A stretch of 64,000 nucleotides of DNA from Oscillospiraceae bacterium (GTDB lineage: Bacteria; Bacillota; Clostridia; Oscillospirales; Ruminococcaceae): NCBI GenBank assembly GCA_016281125.1, contig JAEEIA010000060.1, forward strand, positions 83,307-147,306. Direction: 5' to 3'. Position 1 is the stretch's first letter; every line of letters begins with the position of its first letter. The translations under genes and the position numbers were made by a program. Under the pieces are notes generated by a model. The model did no database searches. It was not told where the DNA came from and worked only from the letters and a program-made list of their open reading frames with translations. Below, piece by piece: positions 45,632 through 54,498 of the stretch.

Positions 45632-45904
45632 ATGTGTATCAAAGATGTCATGGTTCAGAATCAGGTAGGTCTGCACGCACGTCCCGCTACATTCTTCATT
45701 CAGAAGGCCAACGAGTTCCGTTCGGCCATCTGGATTGAGAAGGAAGAGCGCCGCGTCAACGCGAAGTCCCTGCTCGGTATCCTTTCGCTGGGTATCGTCG
45801 GCGGCACCGCGATCCGCATCATTGCAGACGGCACCGATGAAGAGCAGGCTGTCGCATCTCTGGTTGAGCTGGTTGACAGCGGCTTCAGCGATGAGAGCCG
45901 CTGA
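45632..45904 (+). CDS. ptsH: HPr phosphocarrier protein
   Basis: 90 aa. GLHARPA (His15 site) and NAKSLLGILSLG (Ser46 site). RBS AAAGGAGAG. Confidence 0.9.
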   Translation: MCIKDVMVQNQVGLHARPATFFIQKANEFRSAIWIEKEERRVNAKSLLGILSLGIVGGTAIRIIADGTDEEQAVASLVELVDSGFSDESR

Positions 45905-46008
45905 ACACATCATCTAACGCGCATCTGATATATAAAAAGCAGCCCTGTCCGGGGTTCTGCATACATGGTGGCAGCGCACCTGACATGCTGCTGGTAACTG
46001 AAAGAAAA

Positions 46009-46040
46009 AGGGCGTTTCCGAAGAAACGCCCTCTTTTTTC
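46009..46040. terminator. Bidirectional intrinsic terminator between ptsH and spoIVB
   Basis: AGGGCGTTTC-cgaa-GAAACGCCCT, flanked by an A-run (46003-46008) and a T-run (46034-46039). Confidence 0.8.
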
Positions 46041-47257
46041 TATCTGACTGCGTCGGCAAAGGCCGTTGTCTGCGCGTACATGCGCTCCGCGAAAATCCCG
46101 TATCCTCGGGACGGATCGCGCACGAACACATGCGTCACCGCCCCGACCAGCCGGCCGTTCTGCACAATCGGGCTGCCGCTCATGCCCTGCACAATGCCGC
46201 CAGTCAGCGCAAGCAGCTGCGGATCCGTCACGCGGATCACAAGATCCCGCATGGAGGCATCTGCGCTGCGGATTTCCTCGATTTCCGCAGAATACGCCTG
46301 CGGGACACTGCCGTCCACCGTCGTGTAGATTTCTGCCGGGCCGCGGGAAATATCCTGCCGGAAGCCGACCGGAACCTGCTGCCGCTTTTCCGGGAGCGCA
46401 TGCATGATACCGAAGACACCGCAGGGCGTATTCGCCTGCAAGGTGCCGATGCTGTCACCGGTTTCAAATCGGCCGCGCAGCTCACCGGGTCTGCCCGCGC
46501 TGCCGGATACCACGTCATTGACCGTAACCGCAACCACATCGCCGGAGGCCAGCGGAATCTGCTCGCCGGTGTCCGGATCACAGACGGCATGTCCGAGCCC
46601 CGCAAAGCGAATCTGTCCGACAGCGGAACGCATGTAATACGTCACCGTCCCGATGCCTGCCGTGCTGTCGCGCACCCACATGCCAGTCTGCCACCGCTTG
46701 GTCAGCGGGGAGAAAACCGGCGTGATTTCGACCTTTTCCAATGCATCGCCGCGGATCAGCTCCACGGAAACCGGCGCGCCCGACGAACCGGACACCGCCG
46801 CCTGAAGCTCCGCATTGCTGCTGACCGGCTTTCCGTTGACCGCCTGAATCACGTCCCCGACCGCAATGCCCGCCTCCGCTGCCGGACACGGATCCGCAGG
46901 CAGCCCGGGCACGCCGGTCAGCGACACGACCATGCACCCGGCCATCAGCATCCGGATGCCGAACGGTTCCCCGCCGATATACGCATCTGCGGGCTTCACC
47001 GTCGTCAGCGCAACGGTCTTGACCGGAATCATCCCGAACAGCCGCAGCTCCGCCTCCTGCATCTGCGGCACGGCGGATGCCCGGCCGCGCTCCAGTGTCA
47101 CCGGCAGCACCGTCGCAATGCTCAGCGGACGGTCTGCCGCCTGATAAAAGTGATCGGGCAGCTCCAGCGCGTAATGCTGCACCGCGCCGCCGAGCCCGGC
47201 GAACAGCGCCGCTGCGCATACCGCAAGCCTGCCGATCCATTTTTTCGGAAATCTCAT
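46040..47257 (-). CDS. spoIVB: SpoIVB peptidase (S55, PDZ-containing sporulation signalling protease)
   Basis: ORF 46040..47500. Start chosen at MRFPKKW (alternative ATG at 47263). TM segment, PDZ (GIAVGDVIQAVNG), GIGTVTYY and catalytic GMSGSPI. Confidence 0.85.
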   Translation of the reverse strand: MRFPKKWIGRLAVCAAALFAGLGGAVQHYALELPDHFYQAADRPLSIATVLPVTLERGRASAVPQMQEAELRLFGMIPVKTVALTTVKPADAYIGGEPFGIRMLMAGCMVVSLTGVPGLPADPCPAAEAGIAVGDVIQAVNGKPVSSNAELQAAVSGSSGAPVSVELIRGDALEKVEITPVFSPLTKRWQTGMWVRDSTAGIGTVTYYMRSAVGQIRFAGLGHAVCDPDTGEQIPLASGDVVAVTVNDVVSGSAGRPGELRGRFETGDSIGTLQANTPCGVFGIMHALPEKRQQVPVGFRQDISRGPAEIYTTVDGSVPQAYSAEIEEIRSADASMRDLVIRVTDPQLLALTGGIVQGMSGSPIVQNGRLVGAVTHVFVRDPSRGYGIFAERMYAQTTAFADAVR

Positions 47258-47586
47258 CTGCATTCTTCCTCTCTGCGGAATCCGGACTGTTTCATTCCGC
47301 ACAGCGTTATTATGTGCAGATTTTTGCGCTGCAATCCGTCCGGATCTGCGGCAAACTCCGGCATCAAAAATCGGAAACGGATATAATTCAGCATTTTGCA
47401 TTTTCAGATCGGAATATGCATGACAGTTCCTGACAACAGATGCAAATGTTCGGCAAAAACAAACACGCTTCGTCGGAACATGCCGCACTATAAATCTCAA
47501 AATTTCGTATATACGTTATTTTCATTCTGTTTTGCAGTTTCATTTCTTTCTCGACAGAATCAGCCGTTCTTCGTGATTCTTCGCTC

Positions 47587-47615
47587 TTGCATTTTGTTCT
47601 CCGGTGTGCTAAAAT
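47587..47615 (+). promoter_or_regulatory. Sigma-A-like promoter upstream of spo0A
   Basis: TTGCAT (47587-47592), 17-nt spacer, TGC-TAAAAT (47610-47615). Confidence 0.45.
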
Positions 47616-47644
47616 GGAAACATAACGCAAAAGGAGGTAGAACC

Positions 47645-48400
47645 ATGCAAAAGCAAGTCAAGGTTCTCATCGGAGATGATACGGCAGAATACGGCGTATC
47701 CTGTGCCAGTGTCCTGCGCGCACAGGGAATGTACGCATATACCAGGCCGAAAAACGGCAATACGGTTCTGGAGTCGATCCGCAGCGATACACCGGATGTG
47801 GTCGTCGTGGACGCCATCCTGCCGCATATGGATGCGATTGAGCTGATGAAGAAAACAAACGCCGCAGGCGGAAAGCGTCCGGCGTTCATCGTCACCTCGT
47901 CCTATGACAACAGCTTTGTCGAGCAGCAGGTCATGCAGAACGGCGCTGCATATTTCATGCTGAAACCGTTTGATCTGAACGTCCTCGGTGAGCGCATCTC
48001 ACTGCTGACGAACAAGCAGCCGCTCGGCGCATTTACCAGCCGCGCCGGACAGGATCTCGCCATCACAATCACGGACATCATTCACCAGCTCGGCGTTCCG
48101 GCGCATATCAAGGGCTATCATTATCTGCGCTGCGCGATTGTCAGCGCATATCACGACCCGGAACTGCTGGACAGCGTCACAAAGCAGCTGTATCCGCGCG
48201 TTGCGGATGAGTTCAGCACGACACCCTCCCGCGTGGAACGCGCCATCCGCCACGCCATTGAGATTGCATGGGACAGAGGCAATCTGGACACGCTCAATTC
48301 ATTTTTCGGCTATACAGTCAACACCTGCAAGGGCAAGCCGACCAATTCGGAGTTTATCGCACTCATCACAGACAAGCTCCGCTTGCAGCATAAGCAATAA
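47645..48400 (+). CDS. spo0A: Sporulation master regulator Spo0A
   Basis: ORF 47396..48400. Start at [12 protein letters not shown] (RBS AAAGGAGG). Receiver domain plus the Spo0A-specific C-terminus [18 protein letters not shown]...[15 protein letters not shown]. Confidence 0.9.
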   Translation: MQKQVKVLIGDDTAEYGVSCASVLRAQGMYAYTRPKNGNTVLESIRSDTPDVVVVDAILPHMDAIELMKKTNAAGGKRPAFIVTSSYDNSFVEQQVMQNGAAYFMLKPFDLNVLGERISLLTNKQPLGAFTSRAGQDLAITITDIIHQLGVPAHIKGYHYLRCAIVSAYHDPELLDSVTKQLYPRVADEFSTTPSRVERAIRHAIEIAWDRGNLDTLNSFFGYTVNTCKGKPTNSEFIALITDKLRLQHKQ

Positions 48401-48436
48401 GGCAATCACCGCCAAGCGCGGAAAAGGAGGTTCAAT

Positions 48437-48946
48437 ATGAAATTTACAAAAATCACACCCGAACAGCTCAGCTTCAACCCGTTTGAAGCGATCGGCAGGC
48501 AGTGGTTCCTGCTGACGGCCGGCACACAGCAAACCGGCTGGAACCCGATGACCTGCTCCTGGGGCGCCGCGGGCGTCCTGTGGAACAAGCCGTCCGTCAC
48601 CTGCTACGTGCGCCATTCGCGGCATACGCTCGGTTTTATGGAGCAGCAGGAAACCTTTACGCTGTCATTCCTCGGTGATGCGTACCGCAAAGCGCTGTCG
48701 TTCTGCGGCTCGCATTCCGGCCGCGACTGCGACAAGGCCGCCGAAAGCGGTCTGCATCCGCTGGAGCTGGACGGCGCCGTGACCTTTGAGGAGGCCGATC
48801 TGGTGCTGGTCTGCAAAAAGCGCTATGCCGCAGACATGGACATTGCCGACCTGCCGGAGGACGTTGCAGCGGGCTTCTACGGCGACAACGACACGCACCG
48901 TCTGTACATCGGTGAGATTGTTGCCTGCTATCAGAAGGAAGCGTAA
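48437..48946 (+). CDS. Flavin reductase-like (FMN-binding split barrel) protein
   Basis: 169 aa. NPMTCSWG...WNKPSVTCYVRHSRHT pattern typical of flavin reductase domain proteins. Confidence 0.6.
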   Translation: MKFTKITPEQLSFNPFEAIGRQWFLLTAGTQQTGWNPMTCSWGAAGVLWNKPSVTCYVRHSRHTLGFMEQQETFTLSFLGDAYRKALSFCGSHSGRDCDKAAESGLHPLELDGAVTFEEADLVLVCKKRYAADMDIADLPEDVAAGFYGDNDTHRLYIGEIVACYQKEA

Positions 48947-48964
48947 TCGCCGCAAACTGAAAGC

Positions 48965-49057
48965 GGTATCTCCGATGGATTGATAATGGGGTGAGGCTGC
49001 CTGCAAACGCATCGTGAAGCGGGCGGGAGAGCCACGATTCTAATTCGCCGGAGGCAC
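48965..49057 (+). repeat. GGTATC-end structured repeat, copy B
   Basis: GGTATCTCCGATGGATTGATAATGGGGTGAGGCTGCC...GAAGCGGGCGGGAGAGCCACGATTCTAATTCGCCGGAGGCAC. The right end matches the copy G terminus. It lies between the stop and the terminator. Confidence 0.8.
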
Positions 49058-49071
49058 TTTTCTGCATGATG

Positions 49072-49110
49072 AAAGCACCGCAGCGTTTGAACTGCGGTGC
49101 TTTCTTCTTT
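49072..49110 (+). terminator. Intrinsic terminator
   Basis: AAAGCACCGCAG-cgtttgaa-CTGCGGTGCTTT followed by CTTCTTT. Confidence 0.75.
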
Positions 49111-49181
49111 CACGTTTCGGCAAGATTCGCATAGAATAAAGCGATCCGGGAACGGAAATCCCTACACAGGAAGTGATTCGT

Positions 49182-49826
49182 ATGAAACATATCTCACTGC
49201 TCGCAGCGGGCGGTGACCTCCGGCAGCTGACCGCGGCCGCGCGCCTTTCAGAACAGCACAGCGTCAGCGTCACGGGCTTTGACCGCTGCGGCACGCTGCC
49301 CGCGGGCATCACCCCGGCCGACCTTTCCGGCACGCAGCCGCAGTCTTTGGATGCGCTGCTCCTGCCGATGCCGGTCACACAGGACGGCCTGTTCCTTTAC
49401 ACGCCGCTCTGCAGCGGAATGCTCCGCCTCTCAGAGCTGCTGCCGCTTGTGAAAGCAGGCGGCACCGTGTTCGGCGGGCGGTTCCGCGACAGCGAGCGCA
49501 GCATGATCGAAGCTGCGGGACTGCGCGCCGCCGACTACGCGAAAGAGGAAACCTTTGCGCTCCGCAACGCCGTCCCGACCGCAGAGGGCGCAATCCAGAT
49601 CATCATGCAGGAGCTGCCGGTCGTATTGCAGGGACTCCCCTGCCTGATTCTCGGGGCGGGCAGAGTAAGCCGCGCCTTGCAGCAGCGTCTGCGTGCGCTC
49701 GGCGCAGAGGTGACCGTCGCTGCCCGGCGGTGTGCTGACCTTGCGCGGAGGGAGGGCGAGGAGGGGAAACCGGTAACATTGACACGTTTCCAATCCGTCG
49801 GAGATACCGCTTTCCCGACAAACTAA
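49182..49826 (+). pseudogene. dpaA: Dipicolinate synthase subunit A (SpoVFA/DpaA), C-terminally truncated
   Basis: The N-terminal ~190 aa align with my recollection of B. subtilis DpaA (GGDxRQL...GFD; NAVPTAEGAI; ILGAGRVSRAL...LGAEVTVAARRCADLAR). The frame then runs into repeat copy C and stops. No dpaB follows. Confidence 0.55.
49755..49814 (-). repeat. GGTATC-end repeat, copy C (left boundary uncertain)
   Basis: The minus strand reads GAAAGC-GGTATCTCCGACGGATTGGAAACG... The terminus is at 49792-49808. Confidence 0.6.
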
Positions 49827-49888
49827 AACCTCCCTTACGGCTGATGAAGCCATAAGAGAGGTTTGTCATTTGCGGGAGCACCCGCTTT

Positions 49889-51097
49889 TCACGTTTCCTC
49901 CAGCAGTGCGCGAAGCTCGTCCATTTTCTGTTCAAAGATGCTGTTCCGCCAGCACAGGAAGCTGTAATTATTCTGTCCGTCCGGAATCTCGTGCGCCTCG
50001 TTATAGAACTCCCGTATGGAATCCGGCACCTTATCTCCGAGGCGCAGTCCGTTGTAGCCGTCGGCATACGGCTCAAACATGACTCTGAGCAGATCCAGCG
50101 AGCCGTCCAGCACACAGCTTGTTTCGCCGCGCTGCCGTTCGTAGCTGTAATCCACAGCAATATAATCCGAAACAGTCAGTTCCGGCAGACCGCCCCATGC
50201 CCGGATGACCGCAATGTCGCGGATATACCGGATATCTGCCTTTGAGATCGGGGAAGGCCCTCTGCCGTCCGCGCTCAGGTGGCTGTCATCGCCGACCAGC
50301 CGGTCTACATTGCCGCGGTCAATCGCGTCATTCTCCAGTGCAATGCTGTTCCGGTAGCTCGGCTGCTGGATATAATACTCACGGGCTGCCCAGAAATAGT
50401 CGAGCAGCGTGATATCGCCGTCGCCGTCCACATCGCCGAGCAGTGCATCCTGCGTAAACGGCACATACTGATGATTTCCCTGCGGAACGCTGTACGCGGT
50501 CGTGACCGTCGGCTCTGCAGTCGTTGTCCCGGTTGTTTCCGCGGGGACGGCGGTTGTCTGCCTGGCCGCAGTCGTCGGCTCCGTTCCGGCAGGCGTCTGC
50601 ACGGTCGTTTCTGCTGCCTGCGTACCGGTTTCCGTCACGGCGGCTTCGGTGCCTGTCACGCGCGGCTCCGTTTTTTCGGGATCGGCCGCGGTCGTATGCG
50701 TCGCCGGCGCCGTAGTTCCATCTGCCGGGACATAAGCCGTTGTCTGGTAAATATCGGTCTGCATCCGGGTTTCGCAAACCTCCGAATACTCGGAATCCGC
50801 TGTGATGCTGTCCTCGTTATCTGTCGGATAGAGATGCACGATCACACCGACGCCCGCGATGCACGCCGCAGCACTTGCAAGCAGCGCAATATAGTGCATT
50901 CTGCCGCCGAACGGCTTATCTGCACTGTTTTCCTTTCCGGAGAAGAATCCGGTTTCCTGCCGGATCGGCTTTGCAGTCCGGATTCCTGTGCTGCCGACCG
51001 TTCTATGGGCTGCCGGTTCTTCCGCTGCCTCGGCCATCTGCCGGACATATTTTTCATTGACGTCGCTGAGCGCGTCCATAAAATCAATCGGCTTCAA
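49889..51097 (-). CDS. Putative membrane anti-sigma factor with Thr/Pro linker, dockerin-like module and unknown C-terminal domain
   Basis: 402 aa. Cytoplasmic N-terminus, one TM segment (YIALLASAAACIAGVGVIVHLY), a T/A/E/P-rich linker and GDVDGDGDITLLDY (Ca-binding dockerin-type loop). ATGA-coupled to the sigma gene. Confidence 0.6.
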   Translation of the reverse strand: MKPIDFMDALSDVNEKYVRQMAEAAEEPAAHRTVGSTGIRTAKPIRQETGFFSGKENSADKPFGGRMHYIALLASAAACIAGVGVIVHLYPTDNEDSITADSEYSEVCETRMQTDIYQTTAYVPADGTTAPATHTTAADPEKTEPRVTGTEAAVTETGTQAAETTVQTPAGTEPTTAARQTTAVPAETTGTTTAEPTVTTAYSVPQGNHQYVPFTQDALLGDVDGDGDITLLDYFWAAREYYIQQPSYRNSIALENDAIDRGNVDRLVGDDSHLSADGRGPSPISKADIRYIRDIAVIRAWGGLPELTVSDYIAVDYSYERQRGETSCVLDGSLDLLRVMFEPYADGYNGLRLGDKVPDSIREFYNEAHEIPDGQNNYSFLCWRNSIFEQKMDELRALLEET

Positions 51098-51678
51098 AGG
51101 TATCCCTCCTCCTTCAGAAATTGATTCAGCTTGTTTCGCGTCCGCATCAGTGAGATTTTCACTGCGCTGACACCAATGCCGTAGGCGTCCGCAATTCCGC
51201 GGACGGAATCTGCCATATAGTACCGCCGCATAAAAATATTCCGCGGTTTCTGAGGAAGCGTGTCCAGAAAGCGCTCGATTGCGCGCGTCAGTTCACGCTT
51301 TTCAACGGCAGCGCTGATATTATCATCTGAAACAAGAGTATCTTCCAATTCGTCCAGTGCTTCGTCAAACTGTGTTCCGCCCCGTTTTTTTGCTGTTTGT
51401 AAATGATATCTGTCTATCGCCAGATGCCGGATCAGCGTGATGAGATACGCTTTCAGACTCTCCGGGTGATTCGGCGGAATGGTCTGCCAGACCTTCATCA
51501 GCATATCGCTGACGCATTCCTCCGAGTCCTCCCAGGATCCAAGGATGTCATAAGCGAGCTTTCCGCACAGCTTTCCGTATCCGCTCTGAACCTGCTCCAG
51601 GGCAGATTCGTCACGGCGGTTCAGACGTGCAATGATCGCTTGCTCATCCTGATGGTCCAAGGTGCCGCACCTCCTCAT
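51094..51678 (-). CDS. ECF-type sigma-70 family RNA polymerase sigma factor
   Basis: 194 aa. Region 2 (DMLMKVWQ...LIRHLAIDRYH) and region 4 HTH (IADAYGIGVSAVKISLMRTRNKL). The true start may be the TTG at 51660, which lies behind GAGGAGG. Confidence 0.8.
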   Translation of the reverse strand: MRRCGTLDHQDEQAIIARLNRRDESALEQVQSGYGKLCGKLAYDILGSWEDSEECVSDMLMKVWQTIPPNHPESLKAYLITLIRHLAIDRYHLQTAKKRGGTQFDEALDELEDTLVSDDNISAAVEKRELTRAIERFLDTLPQKPRNIFMRRYYMADSVRGIADAYGIGVSAVKISLMRTRNKLNQFLKEEGYL

Positions 51679-51746
51679 TTACTGGGACGGCAAACGTCCC
51701 CGTTTGGTTACATCCGTTCTTTTGCACAGAACTGCATATTTCTTTT

Positions 51747-51775
51747 ATTATACAGTCTTTCCGGAAAAAAGTCAA
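51747..51775 (-). promoter_or_regulatory. Sigma-A type promoter for the sigma/anti-sigma pair
   Basis: The minus strand reads TTGACT (51770-51775), a 17-nt spacer, then TATAAT (51747-51752). Confidence 0.5.
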
Positions 51776-51821
51776 CTTCCCCCGTATTGTTATATAGAAT
51801 TATCACCGTCCGGAAAATCGC

Positions 51822-51850
51822 TTGCATTTTTCCGGGAGATGTGCTATACT
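51822..51850 (+). promoter_or_regulatory. Sigma-A type promoter for the permease gene
   Basis: TTGCAT (51822-51827), 17-nt spacer, TGC-TATACT (51845-51850). Confidence 0.5.
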
Positions 51851-51882
51851 TATCCCTGCAAAAATATGGAAGGATCTGTAAC

Positions 51883-53028
51883 ATGAATAAGATCGTGCGT
51901 TTTCTGAAAAAAGAGCCGATGCTGACGGTTTCCGCAGCTGCGGCTGTCATCAGCATGTTCATCACGCCGCCGTCCGTGCGGCTGCTGCATGACATTGACT
52001 GGCATACACTCGGCACGCTGCTGATGATGCTCTGTGTGCTGGAGGGCTTCAAGCAGGAGCATATCCTGAATCCGCTGCTCCGGTTTACCGCAAGGCTGCG
52101 GAACATGACAAGCCTGTCGCTGTTCCTGATCTTCGGCGTGTTTTTCTCGTCCATGTTCGTGACGAATGACGTTTCGCTGGTGATTTTCGTTCCGCTGACG
52201 ATTCTGATTTTCCGCGCGGGCGGCAAGGAAAAATACATTCTGCCGGTGATCTCGATGGAGAACATCGCGGCAATCAGAGGCTCGCTGCTGATGCCGTTCG
52301 GCAGTCCGCAGAATCTGTTTCTGTTCTCGCAGTCCGGCACAAGCGTCTGGAATTTCATGCTGCATATGCTGCCGCTCTGTGCGATGTCCGCCGTGCTGCT
52401 GATTGTGTTTGTCTGTGTGCTGTACCGCAAAAACCTGCGGGAGCCGATCCGTTTTCCGGCAGAGGAGGCACAGGGTACGCTGGCGCCGGAGCGAAAGGGC
52501 ATCCGCACGGCGTATCTCTCGATGTTCGTGCTCATCATCCTGACGATTGTCACGCGGACGCAGTTCTGGTATATCGCCGTCGGCATTGTGCTCGCGGTGA
52601 TTGCGGTTGCCGACCGGCAGATGTTCCGCAAGGTCGATTACGTGCTGCTGTTCACATTCCTCTGCTTCTTTATCTTCTCCTCGTCGATTGCGGCGAATGC
52701 CCGCATCGCGTCGGTGCTGGAAACGGCGGTGGCCGGACATGAATACTGGTGGGCAATCGGCCTGAGCCAGATCATTTCCAATGTGCCTGCTTCGATTGTA
52801 CTCTATCCGTTCACGGAGAATTTCGCCGGACTGATTTACGGCGCGGATACCGCGGGGCTCTGCTCGCTGATCGGCTCGCTGGCATCGGTCATCAATTACC
52901 GGATCTATGTGCGGGAGTATCCGCAGAACGGAAAGCAGTTTATCAAGGTATTCACGCTGGTGAGCTGGGCGTTTTTCGTTATTGTTGTGATTCCCGGTCT
53001 TCTTCTGTCCCGCTGGCGGTTCTTTTAA
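51883..53028 (+). CDS. Anion permease (ArsB/NhaD superfamily, YbiR/citrate-transporter-like)
   Basis: ORF 51403..53028. Start chosen at MNKIVRFLKKEP (ATG 51883, RBS GGAAGGA). About 10 TM segments. Confidence 0.65.
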   Translation: MNKIVRFLKKEPMLTVSAAAAVISMFITPPSVRLLHDIDWHTLGTLLMMLCVLEGFKQEHILNPLLRFTARLRNMTSLSLFLIFGVFFSSMFVTNDVSLVIFVPLTILIFRAGGKEKYILPVISMENIAAIRGSLLMPFGSPQNLFLFSQSGTSVWNFMLHMLPLCAMSAVLLIVFVCVLYRKNLREPIRFPAEEAQGTLAPERKGIRTAYLSMFVLIILTIVTRTQFWYIAVGIVLAVIAVADRQMFRKVDYVLLFTFLCFFIFSSSIAANARIASVLETAVAGHEYWWAIGLSQIISNVPASIVLYPFTENFAGLIYGADTAGLCSLIGSLASVINYRIYVREYPQNGKQFIKVFTLVSWAFFVIVVIPGLLLSRWRFF

Positions 53029-53044
53029 GGTTAAAGGTATCTCT

Positions 53045-53095
53045 GACGGATCCGGAACAGCGGCGCTGCCCCCATCCCTCTGGTTAAGGGCTGCC
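53045..53095 (+). repeat. GGTATC-end repeat, copy D (3'-truncated)
   Basis: GGTATCTCTGACGGATCCGGAACAGCGGCGCTGCCCCCATCCCTCTGGTTAAGGGCTGCC aligns with the 5' two-thirds of copy E. Confidence 0.65.
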
Positions 53096-53129
53096 GCGCA
53101 AATTCTATTGTATTTCGCAGACAAATCAA

Positions 53130-53163
53130 ATGCCCCGAAGCATATGAAAACGCTTCGGGGCAT
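53130..53163. terminator. Strong hairpin between convergent genes
   Basis: ATGCCCCGAAGC-N10-GCTTCGGGGCAT, a 12-bp stem. Flanked by A-rich sequence (plus strand) and T-rich sequence (minus-strand reading). Confidence 0.6.
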
Positions 53164-53229
53164 TGTATCTTATACCGTTGTTAAGATAAATCAGAATATA
53201 TCATAGTGTTTTCAGTCATCCTCGCTTGA

Positions 53230-54498
53230 TCATTTTGTCCGTTGTTTATTTTGGCTGGGCGCGGGGCGCGAATGCGAGGGCTCGGGGGGCGAAAAACTAG
53301 GGGGATAGGGGGAATAAGCCGCTGGCGGCGCATGGACAGCCTTCACATTGTAGTAATCCTCCGGCACATCCGCAAGCCCGCTGCCGTAGTCCGCACGGTT
53401 GCCGCCCGCGGTGATCTCCGTGAACCAACCGTCCACTGCATACATCTTCCGGTTCGGATCCGGCACGCCGTAAGGCTGATCCATATAAACGGTGTTATTG
53501 CAGAAGCTGTTCTGATGCCCCCAGCCCTCGGCCTGTTCATGAATCTCAAATGCCGCGACAATCTTCGGATTGTTGTTCCGGTATCCGGTATTGTCATGCA
53601 CGGAGCAGCCGTTCCCTGCAATATCGACAAAGCTGCCCGCATAATTCTCGCCGGTCATGCCGTCGCCGTAAAAGGTGCAGAACGCGATCTCTGTGCCGGT
53701 CGTGTATTCCTTGACGTCAACATCCTCCGCGGCAATGTTTTTGAAGGTGCAGTGCAGAATTTTGTTGTTGTCGCATTTGTAGTCAAAGCCGGTCGTGGAC
53801 TTTGCGCTGCCGACATACACGCCCTCGCCGTAGCCCGGGGAAACCAGCCCCGTGTCATGGATGCTGCAATGCGAAACGGTGCATTCCGAGCTGCCGTCCC
53901 GCAGGGCAACCGCCTCCGCACCGGTCTGATAAATCTCGCAGTTCCGGAGCACGGAATGACAGGAATGATCGAACACGACGCCCTTTTGCGCATTCGTGAT
54001 TTTCAGGTTTTCGAGGATCCAGTAATCCCCCTGAATGTGCAGCACATAGCCGTGCGCCGTGCCGCTGCCGGTCAGCACAGGCGGATTCTCCGAATCTGCG
54101 GCCGTGAGCGTGACGGGCGCCTCCGCAGTGCCGGCCGCTTTGGTATCAATTTTATCCGCGCCCTGATACTTTGTATAATCATAGGTGCCGGGGGCAATGC
54201 GGATCACATCGCCAGGCTTTGCGCTCCGCATTGCGGTGAAAATCCCTTCAATATCGTTCACATCAACGGTATGCGCCGGTGCTCCGGGCGTATCCGCGTT
54301 CCGTTTCAGCAGCGTCAGGTCACGGGCGTCCAGTGTGCCGTCCTGATTCCGGTCGGCAGCCGCAGGATCCGTCAGCGCTGCGTCCGGCTTTGCAAGCAGC
54401 CAGTCCCGCAGCGCAGAAAACGGCAGTTCCGCTGCAAAAGCAGGCAGGGCAAGGAGCATCAAAGCCGCAGCTGCGGCGAGCATCCGGATTCGCTTCAT
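53230..54498 (-). CDS. Secreted right-handed beta-helix (pectate-lyase-fold) protein with an N-terminal dockerin-like segment
   Basis: ORF 53230..54540. Start at MKRIRML (RBS GGGGAGGGAG). Signal peptide, DRNQDGTLDARDLTLLKR, repeated beta-helix turns (NCEIY.., HCSIHD.., HCTFKN..) and a Pro-rich tail. Confidence 0.65.
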   Translation of the reverse strand: MKRIRMLAAAAALMLLALPAFAAELPFSALRDWLLAKPDAALTDPAAADRNQDGTLDARDLTLLKRNADTPGAPAHTVDVNDIEGIFTAMRSAKPGDVIRIAPGTYDYTKYQGADKIDTKAAGTAEAPVTLTAADSENPPVLTGSGTAHGYVLHIQGDYWILENLKITNAQKGVVFDHSCHSVLRNCEIYQTGAEAVALRDGSSECTVSHCSIHDTGLVSPGYGEGVYVGSAKSTTGFDYKCDNNKILHCTFKNIAAEDVDVKEYTTGTEIAFCTFYGDGMTGENYAGSFVDIAGNGCSVHDNTGYRNNNPKIVAAFEIHEQAEGWGHQNSFCNNTVYMDQPYGVPDPNRKMYAVDGWFTEITAGGNRADYGSGLADVPEDYYNVKAVHAPPAAYSPYPPSFSPPEPSHSRPAPSQNKQRTK

